Below, piece after piece: positions 27,666 through 35,868 of a stretch of DNA of 46,710 bases. Numbering within the stretch: the first letter of the stretch is position 1; every line of letters starts with the position of its first letter. The position numbers and the translations under genes are program-made. Below the pieces are notes generated by a model. That model searched no databases and had not been told where the DNA came from. It saw nothing but the letters and a program-made list of their open reading frames with translations. Origin of the DNA: Nitrosopumilales archaeon CG_4_9_14_0_2_um_filter_34_16 (lineage in GTDB: Archaea; Thermoproteota; Nitrososphaeria; Nitrososphaerales; Nitrosopumilaceae); assembly GCA_002788515.1 (NCBI GenBank), contig PFRJ01000094.1:2240-48949 (forward strand), read 5' to 3'.

Positions 27666-28484
27666 ATAACTAAAAAAATCATCATTATGAAAGCAGATGG
27701 GCGTAGAGTTTTCTTTAACCCCAATAAGATAGTGACAACTTGTATGAGGGCTGGAGCAAGTAGGGACGCAACTAAGAGAATTCTCAAAAAAATTCGTGGT
27801 CATATTTATCATGGAGTTAACACCAAAGATATCTACAAACTCGTTTTATCAGCATTACGTGAGGAAAAAGAAGGCTTATCGCTTAAACAGCGATATCAGC
27901 TTAAAGATTCTATTATGAAATTGAGTACGGCAGGATATGTATTTGAAAACTATGTTGGTGAAATTCTAAAACATTCAGGGTTTACGATTAAAGAGATTAG
28001 GGGCAAAGTCAAAGGAAGATGTATCATTCATGAAATTGATCTTATTGCTCGCTCAAAAAATAGTCTAATCCTAGTTGAATGTAAATTTCATTCCAAATCT
28101 GGTGTGTATACTGGATTGAAAGAATCTCTTTACACTCATGCTAGATTCCTTGATACAAAATCATACTTTGACGCAGAATATCTTGTTTGTAACACCAAGA
28201 TATCTGATCATGCAAAAAAATATGCAAAATGTGAGGGCCAACAAATTCTTTCATGGGGATATCCACCAAACAATAGTCTGCAAAATGTAATTGAAAAAAA
28301 TCACCTTTATCCGATCACAATCTTGAATATTTCTTCAAAAGAGATGGGGATTTTTTTGCATTGTGGAATTATGTTGGCTAAAACTCTCTTGGATTATTCA
28401 GAATACGAATTATCTAAAAAAACAGGCATTAATGTCACTAGAATCCGTAATTTTCAAAAATTGAGTAGGCAGGTTATTTTTTAG
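27666..28484 (+). CDS. ATP-cone plus Mrr-like PD-(D/E)XK endonuclease-fold protein
   Basis: KADGRRVFFNPNKI (ATP cone), FENYVGEIL, EIDLIA, LVECKFH; frame open to ATA 27666 (first ATG 27687); half-box TAAAAATCA at 27620-27628. Confidence 0.8.
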   Translation: MTKKIIIMKADGRRVFFNPNKIVTTCMRAGASRDATKRILKKIRGHIYHGVNTKDIYKLVLSALREEKEGLSLKQRYQLKDSIMKLSTAGYVFENYVGEILKHSGFTIKEIRGKVKGRCIIHEIDLIARSKNSLILVECKFHSKSGVYTGLKESLYTHARFLDTKSYFDAEYLVCNTKISDHAKKYAKCEGQQILSWGYPPNNSLQNVIEKNHLYPITILNISSKEMGIFLHCGIMLAKTLLDYSEYELSKKTGINVTRIRNFQKLSRQVIF

Positions 28485-28486
28485 TC

Positions 28487-28508
28487 TGATAATCATGTGT
28501 GAAAATCT
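28487..28508. promoter_or_regulatory. Island box
   Basis: TGATAATCA-tgtg-TGAAAATCT; 39 nt before ATG 28547. Confidence 0.85.
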
Positions 28509-28546
28509 ACATATACTTTGATATCTCTGGATTTGTTTTTTTACTC

Positions 28547-29026
28547 ATGGCAAAAAAACCTGTAAAAAAATTAGCATCTCTTCCGCAAATGCTACATTTT
28601 TCTGAGTTTGACAGGGTTTTTGATAATTTTAGAAGAGATTTGGAAAAATCTTTTTTTTCTTTTCCAAGAATAGATTTTCCATCTTTCCCAAAATTCCAAG
28701 AATCCACATGTGATGTAATTGACGAGGGCAATCAATTCCGTGTAAAAATGAATGTTCCTGGTGTTACAAAAAAAGACATTGTTCTAAATGTGTCTGATAA
28801 TGTCATGGAGATTCATGCAGAACACAAAGAAGAATCTGAAGAAAAGAAAAAAAACTATCTTAGAAAAGAACGTAGTGAAGTATCTTATGATCGAGTTCTT
28901 CCACTGCCTGAAAAAATACTTCAGGGAAAAGTTACATCAAAATTAATTGATGGTGTGTTGGAAATTACTCTGCCAAAATCAAAACCAACACCAATTCAGA
29001 AAAAAAGATCAATAAAGGTTCAATAA
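28547..29026 (+). CDS. Small heat shock protein (Hsp20/alpha-crystallin)
   Basis: VPGVTKKDI, YLRKER, DGVLEITLPK, C-terminal IKV motif; start moved to ATG 28547. Confidence 0.95.
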   Translation: MAKKPVKKLASLPQMLHFSEFDRVFDNFRRDLEKSFFSFPRIDFPSFPKFQESTCDVIDEGNQFRVKMNVPGVTKKDIVLNVSDNVMEIHAEHKEESEEKKKNYLRKERSEVSYDRVLPLPEKILQGKVTSKLIDGVLEITLPKSKPTPIQKKRSIKVQ

Positions 29027-29217
29027 CCTTTTTTAATTTTTTACAGACGGTATGAAGAAATGATACGACATATTTGTTTATGTCAAAATGAATCACAGTA
29101 ATGATTGATGATAATCTAAAAAACCCCCGAACAAAACAAGCAACAGAAATTAAAAAACTACCAAATAAGTTAGTCTTTCAAGAATATCGATGACACCGTC
29201 AGAAATTGTAAATAATA

Positions 29218-29379
29218 TTATGTCCAGGGATCTGCATCTTCGTCCCATGTCTCAACTCCTTTGGATGTGGCATTCAATGACTTGCTTTTTTTAATCTCAT
29301 CCAAAAGACATTCGTCTGAACAATGGGTAGCTTTGGGGTTTTTCTTAATCCTTCCACATTTTTTACAAAATTTGTCCAT
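29218..29379 (-). CDS. Zinc-binding microprotein (53 aa)
   Basis: MDKFCKKCGRIKKNPKATHCSDECLLDEIKKSKSLNATSKGVETWDEDADPWT; CxxC...CSDEC. Confidence 0.75.
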   Translation of the reverse strand: MDKFCKKCGRIKKNPKATHCSDECLLDEIKKSKSLNATSKGVETWDEDADPWT

Positions 29380-29415
29380 AAGCAATCTTGTTTTTCACAC
29401 ATAAACTCTGTTTCT

Positions 29416-29437
29416 TGAAATTCATAGTTGAAAATCA
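29416..29437. promoter_or_regulatory. Island box
   Basis: TGAAATTCA-tagt-TGAAAATCA; 37 nt from ATG 29379, divergent to the RHH gene. Confidence 0.85.
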
Positions 29438-29502
29438 CTTCAAACAAGGCCTTTTGCGCCTAATCTGATTCAATTTTAAATATCATATGAACAAATGGTT
29501 GT

Positions 29503-30090
29503 ATGGATGTTTCAACTGTAAAAAGAAAACCTCACATTCACAACAAAGAAAAAACTAAAACTGTTACATTCAGATTACCTGAAAAACTACTTGAAGAACT
29601 GGAAACTGAGGCAATGCAAAGAGAAATATCCCAAAATGTTTTGGCAAAACAAATTCTTGAAAAATTTATTCAATGGGATAGATTTTCAGATAAAATTGGA
29701 ATGATTCCGGTCCCAAAAGGAATCTTAACATCGCTTGGCATTGATCTCGATAGCAAGGATGTAAACATGATAGTAGATGTTCTAAAGCCCATCATCAAAG
29801 ATAATGTGATGTTTATGAAGGGAAAATATGATTTGAAGCGTTGTATTGAAACACTAGAAGACTATATGCGTGCATCAGGTATGAAATCCGATCACCGAGT
29901 AGAAGGATCACTACATCATTTTATTATTCAACATGGACTTGGAATGAACTGGTCATTGCTAACTGAACAACTTTTAAAAGAAATATTTCATGAGTTTCTG
30001 CCAAATCAAAATGTGAAAGCGCAAACCACGGAAACTACTGTGATTGTTACCATCTCATTAGGGGCTGACTTTAATGAGCACGAATATTAG
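29503..30090 (+). CDS. Ribbon-helix-helix DNA-binding protein with C-terminal alpha/beta domain
   Basis: KTKTVTFRLPEKLLEELETEAMQREISQNVLAKQILEKF is a typical RHH pattern. Confidence 0.75.
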   Translation: MDVSTVKRKPHIHNKEKTKTVTFRLPEKLLEELETEAMQREISQNVLAKQILEKFIQWDRFSDKIGMIPVPKGILTSLGIDLDSKDVNMIVDVLKPIIKDNVMFMKGKYDLKRCIETLEDYMRASGMKSDHRVEGSLHHFIIQHGLGMNWSLLTEQLLKEIFHEFLPNQNVKAQTTETTVIVTISLGADFNEHEY

Positions 30091-30099
30091 AAAAATAAT

Positions 30100-30426
30100 C
30101 TAGTTGAGGATTAACTCAACTTCTGTCTTGCCATTGTTAAATGAACTTTGAATTCCCTTGACTTTGCTTTTGTACATAAACAGTCTTTTTCCTTCATCTG
30201 TAATCATTCCTGATATTGCAACTAGTTTGTTGTCATGAAGACTCTGCATTCTTCTATACACTGTACTCATTGGGATACTAGTCTCAGCAGTGATTTCAAT
30301 TGCTGATTTTGGGGTATGCATGATGGATTCAAGAATTGCTCTGCAATACTTGTCTGATAAAATTTCAAGTATGCTGTCTTTTTTTTCTACTTCTTCAATT
30401 TTGAAGGTTTGTTGTAATGTTTGCAT
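30100..30426 (-). CDS. ArsR-like winged-helix transcription regulator
   Basis: LSDKYCRAIL, PKSAIEI, IPMSTVYRRMQSL, wing GKRLFMY. Confidence 0.85.
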   Translation of the reverse strand: MQTLQQTFKIEEVEKKDSILEILSDKYCRAILESIMHTPKSAIEITAETSIPMSTVYRRMQSLHDNKLVAISGMITDEGKRLFMYKSKVKGIQSSFNNGKTEVELILN

Positions 30427-30677
30427 GAATATGGTTATTCAGAATTTGATATAATGACTTAGTACACACTGTCTTACAATGTATTCTGGATGAAATTTGT
30501 TATTTTTTCAAATGATGAAAAATTAGCATAATTTAGAGCGTTGATTGGCCATTTTACGTCCTAAAAATGCTAGAATTGGTCACCACCAATCCACTTCCAA
30601 ATAATGTAAGCCATTGACAATATTTCGTATATTCTTCCTCAAACCAAGCATATGAAATTATTTTCTGCACCCATCTT

Positions 30678-30686
30678 TGAAAATCA
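30678..30686. promoter_or_regulatory. Island box half-site
   Basis: TGAAAATCA, then TTATATTG 10 nt later (same layout as 18946); 39 nt before ATG 30725. Confidence 0.7.
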
Positions 30687-30724
30687 CACACTTTGATTAT
30701 ATTGCACACTATTCAAGCAAAACC

Positions 30725-31357
30725 ATGGTTAATCAGTATATTTGGATCGCAATTGTAATTGGTGTTTTCTTTGCAGGAATTGGTGTGAGTTATACTCATT
30801 TTACAAATATCTATAATCCAATGCCCATGAAATTTCAAAATCAAGATCTATTCGACCAAATGTTGTCTAATAACCTAGAGATGTCGCAACATTGGATGGA
30901 TTCAGAAATGACGAATCAAAAAATGATGAATGATCCGCAGATGATGAATCAATGGATGAATACCATGATGAATGATACACATATGAGAGATCAAATGATG
31001 AAAATGATGATGCAGAATCAAGGCATGATGAATCACATGATGAGTAATCAAGACATGATGAACATGATAAATGATAATATGATGATGGGAAATACCATGA
31101 TGGGTTCAGGAAATACGGGAGGAATGATAATGGGAAATATGACTGGTATGATGGATAGTATGTATCAACATAATTCTATGCATGACATGATGATGACTGG
31201 AATAAGTGATCCTGTGATGAAACAACAAGTAATTGATGAAATGGACAAACATCATTTAGAAATGAAAATTTTACTTGAACACGCAATTGATGATCCTCTG
31301 TTAAAACAACAACTTTTAGAAAAAATTGAAAAACACATACAATCATCAAATTCATAA
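30725..31357 (+). CDS. Membrane-anchored methionine-rich protein
   Basis: N-terminal TM helix followed by dozens of Met in MMN/MMG repeats and a His-containing C-terminus. Confidence 0.85.
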   Translation: MVNQYIWIAIVIGVFFAGIGVSYTHFTNIYNPMPMKFQNQDLFDQMLSNNLEMSQHWMDSEMTNQKMMNDPQMMNQWMNTMMNDTHMRDQMMKMMMQNQGMMNHMMSNQDMMNMINDNMMMGNTMMGSGNTGGMIMGNMTGMMDSMYQHNSMHDMMMTGISDPVMKQQVIDEMDKHHLEMKILLEHAIDDPLLKQQLLEKIEKHIQSSNS

Positions 31358-31386
31358 TTGTAATGCGTTTTAAGGATAAATTAAAT

Positions 31387-32799
31387 ATGATTGATCAAAA
31401 TAATATCAAAAAATTTGAAGTTACTTCTGATGAATTATATGATTTACTCCAAAAGAAAGAATCACTATTGTTGTTTGATTTGAGATTACAAGAAACTTAC
31501 AATGCAGGACACATCAATGGAGCCGTACATGCTGTTTGTGATGTTAGAACTAAAGATACGATAATGCCTAAAATCCCAAAAAATATCAAACTAATTCTCA
31601 TCGATGATGATGGAATCATGTCTGAAGAAACTACAAAGATGATGCGCTCATTTGGATTAGATGCACACTATCTTCAAGGTGGGATGAAAAGTTGGCACAA
31701 AGAAGTAATTGAGGGAAATCCAACTGCTACAATAAAACCTGATGATCTCTGGAAAAAATTACAAAACCCAAAGCTGTTTTTATTGGATGTTAGAGACGCT
31801 GATGAATTTTCTGATTTTAAAATCCCTGGCAGTGTGAATATTTCACTCAAAGATTTGTTCAAACCTGAAAACATATCTAAAATTCCCAAAGACAAGGAAA
31901 TTGTAACAGTTTGTCCGCATGGAAATAGAGCCATGGTTGCAACCTTTGCACTAGCAAGAAATGGAATTAAATCCAACGTTCTTGAGGGAGGTCTTGCAGG
32001 TTGGAGTCAAGTACTTAATGCAGTAAAAGTTGCAGAAAATCCAACAGTAATTCAAGTGGAAAAAGTTGGCAAAGGATGTCTCTCACATATTGTAATTTCT
32101 GGAGATGAGGCAATAGTAATTGATCCACTTTATCCTCCAGAAAAATATCTGGAAATTGCAAAACAAGAGAATGTAAAAATTACTAAAATAATTGACACGC
32201 ATCAACATGCAGATCATGTATCTGCAGCACCAGAATTAGCAAATATGTCTGGATCTTTGGTGTATGAGAGCAATCTTGAGGTGTGGGATAGAACATCTAA
32301 TTTTTTGGATGATGGACAAATAATGACGTTTGGTACATCAAAGATTCGTGTAATTCATACTCCCGGTCATACTCCTGGAAGTCTGTCCTATGTGGTAAAT
32401 GAAAAATATGTTTTCACTGGAGACATTCTGTTCATTGAAAGTATTGGAAGACCTGATCTTAGGGACAATGCCGAAGAATTTGCAGAGCAACTTTATAATT
32501 CACTGCATAGCAAGCTGTTGAATCTTCCTTTAGATACAATAGTTTTTCCAACACATCATGGAATATTTGTAATTCCTGAGAATAGAGTTTATTCGACCAC
32601 AATAGAAAAGGCAAAAAAACATAATGTGTTAACTCTGTCAAAAGAAGAGTTTGTAAAACAAGTAGTCAGTGTTACAGTACCTAGACCCATGAACTATCAA
32701 AAAATAATCCAGATAAACAAAGGATCAATGCCTTTAGTTAAAACTGACATTCCTGATTTGGAATTGGGACCAAACAGATGTAGTATTACTGGGGAGTAA
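31387..32799 (+). CDS. Tandem rhodanese plus metallo-beta-lactamase (persulfide dioxygenase-like) fusion
   Basis: GHINGA, VCPHGNR, LEGGLAGW; THQHADH, HTPGHT, TGD, terminal GPNRC; alternative start 31363. Confidence 0.9.
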   Translation: MIDQNNIKKFEVTSDELYDLLQKKESLLLFDLRLQETYNAGHINGAVHAVCDVRTKDTIMPKIPKNIKLILIDDDGIMSEETTKMMRSFGLDAHYLQGGMKSWHKEVIEGNPTATIKPDDLWKKLQNPKLFLLDVRDADEFSDFKIPGSVNISLKDLFKPENISKIPKDKEIVTVCPHGNRAMVATFALARNGIKSNVLEGGLAGWSQVLNAVKVAENPTVIQVEKVGKGCLSHIVISGDEAIVIDPLYPPEKYLEIAKQENVKITKIIDTHQHADHVSAAPELANMSGSLVYESNLEVWDRTSNFLDDGQIMTFGTSKIRVIHTPGHTPGSLSYVVNEKYVFTGDILFIESIGRPDLRDNAEEFAEQLYNSLHSKLLNLPLDTIVFPTHHGIFVIPENRVYSTTIEKAKKHNVLTLSKEEFVKQVVSVTVPRPMNYQKIIQINKGSMPLVKTDIPDLELGPNRCSITGE

Positions 32800-32890
32800 A
32801 CTCACATACTTGATCTTATGTGCTGAATTCTGCAAGTTTTGCATTGACTGGTGTATTTCTTATCTGTAGTTTTCTTGAAATTATTTAAGA

Positions 32891-32938
32891 ATTAGGTCAA
32901 AAACGAAAATTAGTGGTAGCTTTCAACTTTAACAATCA
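32891..32938. promoter_or_regulatory. Four degenerate half-sites at 13-bp period
   Basis: ATTAGGTCA-aaaa-CGAAAATTA-gtgg-TAGCTTTCA-actt-TAACAATCA; 39 nt before GTG 32977. Confidence 0.6.
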
Positions 32939-32976
32939 TATGCAATTTAAAAATAGGAATCAATGTTATTTTATTT

Positions 32977-33453
32977 GTGGTTTCAAATGATAAAGCCTTG
33001 ATAATTATTGCAATTGTGGTGGGTGTTGGGGCTCTGGCAGGAATGATAGGCTTAATTGGTCAAGGAAATATCAGACATGTTGAAATTTTCTGGGCTGAAA
33101 AAGTAGAACAAACTGTTGCTTTTGAAGATGTTAATGGAATGGTTCAACTTCGAGGATTGGCAGGTATATCTGGTGAACCAAACCCTCATCTAATAACTAG
33201 AACTTCATTTGCATATGTCTTAACTGTCATCAATAATGGTGACACACATCATAGATTATACATTGAAGGATTGGAAGTTCAAACAGATTTGTTAGAACCT
33301 GGAGCCAGAGACACTATTACAATATATCCTACAAAAGAAGGTCTTTACAAATACTATGATAAGCGACAATATCTTGAACATTTAGGATTTGTAGAAGTAG
33401 TGACTGTAGTTCCCAGTGATGAATTTACAGGAATTTTTCGTGATTTAATTTAA
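32977..33453 (+). CDS. Membrane-anchored cupredoxin-fold-like protein without Cys
   Basis: N-terminal TM; TVINNG..HHRL.I, LEPG...TITI, GLYKYYD pattern; no Cys in the sequence. Confidence 0.65.
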   Translation: MVSNDKALIIIAIVVGVGALAGMIGLIGQGNIRHVEIFWAEKVEQTVAFEDVNGMVQLRGLAGISGEPNPHLITRTSFAYVLTVINNGDTHHRLYIEGLEVQTDLLEPGARDTITIYPTKEGLYKYYDKRQYLEHLGFVEVVTVVPSDEFTGIFRDLI

Positions 33454-33471
33454 AATCAACGTTGACAATCG
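33450..33471. promoter_or_regulatory. Island box
   Basis: TTAAAATCA-acgt-TGACAATCG; 39 nt before ATG 33510. Confidence 0.75.
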
Positions 33472-33509
33472 CTTAACTTGTTTTTATTAACGGTATTTTT
33501 ATCATTTAC

Positions 33510-34103
33510 ATGAAACAAATTCTTCTTGGAATCACATTACTTTCACTTTTGATAACTGTGTATGATTCTGAGCATGTTTATGCAGAGCATGTTTTCAAAG
33601 ATGTGGAAGCATATGCACAATATCTTGATATTTCTCAATTAGAATCTGAAAAAGTCGCTTTTACTTTTGATGACAAATCCTATGATGTTTACTATGGATA
33701 TCATGGAAGTCTTGATGCTATGGGTTCTGATGATGTTTTTCCAACATTGTCTTCTATGAATGTAAATGAAGAAAGAAAATCTATTGAAATCCTTATGGAT
33801 GATGTTCCTGAAAAAACAGATTTTTGGATACGAATCCCAGAAAATGTACTTTATGCCGAAGGTGAAAAATTCGTAGTTTTAGTTGATGACATAGATACTA
33901 GATATGATCTGATGAAATTTCCAAATGACTATGTACTTGGATTCATTATTGATGAAAAAACAAAAAATATTGAAATAATTGGGACTGAAGTTATTCCTGA
34001 ATTTGGCATGTTTACGATATTGTTGTTGAGTGTTTCGATGATTGGATTGATATTTTTCACGCGAAAATTATCATTTGTAAATAATTGGAGTGGTTCTAAG
34101 TGA
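33510..34103 (+). CDS. PEFG-CTERM surface protein
   Basis: Signal peptide; IEIIGTEVIPEFG followed by a TM helix and RK. Confidence 0.9.
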   Translation: MKQILLGITLLSLLITVYDSEHVYAEHVFKDVEAYAQYLDISQLESEKVAFTFDDKSYDVYYGYHGSLDAMGSDDVFPTLSSMNVNEERKSIEILMDDVPEKTDFWIRIPENVLYAEGEKFVVLVDDIDTRYDLMKFPNDYVLGFIIDEKTKNIEIIGTEVIPEFGMFTILLLSVSMIGLIFFTRKLSFVNNWSGSK

Positions 34104-34465
34104 TAGACATGTCTTCAAATAACAAGACAAATCAAGAAAAATGTCAATCCATACTAGAATTGCCTGAGATAAGATTTGTGGGATTTTTAGACTATATGGG
34201 GAACCTCATTGTAGGTGATTTCAAACCTGGATTGTCTCCTTTAAAAGATGAATATGAAAGAAAAAAGATGTTTGTAGAGGCAGTTTTGAGAATCCGAACT
34301 AGGCAAGACTTTGATGATAATTTAGGTCCAGTTGAATATGCTGCTGCCAGAAGAAAAAATGTTGTAACCATGACAATTCCGTTTCCGGATAAAATCCTCT
34401 TCATATCTGCAGAACCTGCCGTAGATATTGATATCCTTGCAAGAAAAGTTTTGAGTTTGTTTTAG
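34100..34465 (+). CDS. Roadblock/profilin-like conserved thaumarchaeal protein
   Basis: IRFVGFLD..GNL, DFDDNLGPVEY...RR, LFISAE pattern. Confidence 0.7.
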   Translation: MIDMSSNNKTNQEKCQSILELPEIRFVGFLDYMGNLIVGDFKPGLSPLKDEYERKKMFVEAVLRIRTRQDFDDNLGPVEYAAARRKNVVTMTIPFPDKILFISAEPAVDIDILARKVLSLF

Positions 34466-34517
34466 TTGTTGCAAAAATGAACAAAATAATCAATTTTAAA
34501 AAAATTATTGAGAAGTT

Positions 34518-34667
34518 ATGACTGAATACAATTATCTTTCCTCATTAAAGAATAAAGAATTTTTAATTCTAGAAAAACTATGTGATGACTCCCTTTCATT
34601 AGATTCTAAAGAAAAACTCCAAACAGAATTAGAAGAAGTTAGAACAGAAATCAAAAAATTAGGATGA
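34518..34667 (+). CDS. Small helical hypothetical protein (49 aa)
   Basis: MTEYNYLSSLKNKEFLILEKLCDDSLSLDSKEKLQTELEEVRTEIKKLG. Confidence 0.55.
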   Translation: MTEYNYLSSLKNKEFLILEKLCDDSLSLDSKEKLQTELEEVRTEIKKLG

Positions 34668-34698
34668 TCTCTGAAAAATTCTTCAAATGTTCCGTTGT

Positions 34699-34720
34699 TC
34701 ATTTTCATTTGTGGTAATTG
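34699..34720. promoter_or_regulatory. Degenerate island box
   Basis: TCATTTTCA-tttg-TGGTAATTG; TTTATAT 10 nt later; 38 nt before ATG 34758. Confidence 0.6.
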
Positions 34721-34757
34721 TCTTGCATTTTTTATATCTAGTTGAGTTGACAAAATT

Positions 34758-35606
34758 ATGAAATGTGCATTAGATTATAAAAATACACCAAGAACAATAA
34801 AATATGAATCCACTATTGCTGATGTCTTAAAAAAAATAATTGATGAAAAAAAGAGTAGGCTTTTAGTAACAGAAAATGGTAAAATCACAGGCATTGTTAC
34901 TGAAAAAGATTTAGGTGTCTTTCTTCTAACCGATAACACTGAAAGAAAACTCGATGAGATTCCATTGTCTACAATTTTCAAAAAAATAATTTCTGTTGAT
35001 GAACATACAAGCATGATCGAATGTGCTGAAACAATGCTGACAAAATCAATTGGTTCATTGGTCATACAATCAGGGAATGAAGTTGTTGGAATCTTAACAA
35101 AAACTGATCTTGTGAGATATTACACAAAAACACACCCTGATGAAAAGATAGTTGGAGAGTACATGTCTCCATACTATGCATGGCAATACTCTGACACTCC
35201 TCTGTACAAAGTGGTTCTAAAAATGATTGATGAAAAGATATCTCGTGTAATACTTCGAAATCATGATGAAGTGCCTGTAGGAATCATTACGTTTCGAGAT
35301 TTATTTGAACTGGCATTAAAGCAAGGAAACTATGAAGATGTTCTTGACAATACTGATCCTGTAATATCTGTGATATTTCCTAGAAAAGGATTCATTTCTG
35401 AATCTGGGTTTGGTGGCAGTGTAAAGGTTGATGATGTCATGAGTAAAGATATTGTTTCTGTAAATTATGATGATGATTTGGCAAAAACAGGAAAATTGTT
35501 TTTAGATAAAAACATCAATGGTGCAGGAGTTTTATCTAGACATGGTAATGTCGTTGGAATAATCAGCAAGACGGACATTGTAAAAGCTGTAGCGTTTTTA
35601 AAATAA
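34758..35606 (+). CDS. Four-CBS-domain protein
   Basis: GIVTEKD, GILTKTD, GIITFRD, GIISKTD; paralogue of 15549-16403. Confidence 0.92.
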   Translation: MKCALDYKNTPRTIKYESTIADVLKKIIDEKKSRLLVTENGKITGIVTEKDLGVFLLTDNTERKLDEIPLSTIFKKIISVDEHTSMIECAETMLTKSIGSLVIQSGNEVVGILTKTDLVRYYTKTHPDEKIVGEYMSPYYAWQYSDTPLYKVVLKMIDEKISRVILRNHDEVPVGIITFRDLFELALKQGNYEDVLDNTDPVISVIFPRKGFISESGFGGSVKVDDVMSKDIVSVNYDDDLAKTGKLFLDKNINGAGVLSRHGNVVGIISKTDIVKAVAFLK

Positions 35607-35624
35607 AACAATAGTAGAATAAAA

Positions 35625-35828
35625 TTGAAAGATAATATTTTCACCAAACGTACCATTCTTCTATTACTTACTGGCATTGGATTAGTTTTGTTTTGGAGAG
35701 GTATATGGGAAGTCTCAGCAAAATTCTTCTCTGAAGATCTGAGTTTGATTGCAGGGTTGAGTATTTTGATTTTTGTTGCAATATATGAGAGACGGCAGAT
35801 TTTCCTCTTTTTTGGAAGTGGACATTGA
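35625..35828 (+). CDS. Small two-TM membrane protein
   Basis: GLVLFWRGIW motif; two hydrophobic helices. Confidence 0.65.
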   Translation: MKDNIFTKRTILLLLTGIGLVLFWRGIWEVSAKFFSEDLSLIAGLSILIFVAIYERRQIFLFFGSGH

Positions 35829-35868
35829 TTTAGTCATTAAGAATAGTCACTTATTTTAAATAATCTGG

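Noticed and set aside
30523-30651. Possible degraded minus-strand gene fragment
   Set aside because: Only short broken frames with no recognisable motif
16453-30724. Longest-ORF starts at 16453, 16790, 28499 and 30677 (also 1637, 4571, 7852)
   Set aside because: They overlap promoter boxes or neighbouring genes; downstream ATGs fit domain boundaries and, where a box is present, the 39-nt spacing
12928-34720. Box as a bacterial FNR or CRP site
   Set aside because: Core is TCA-N4-TGA, not TTGAT-N4-ATCAA or TGTGA-N6-TCACA, and no CRP/FNR gene is in the window
35826-35849. Possible box upstream of the last USP gene
   Set aside because: Too degenerate; lacks the TCA-N4-TGA core
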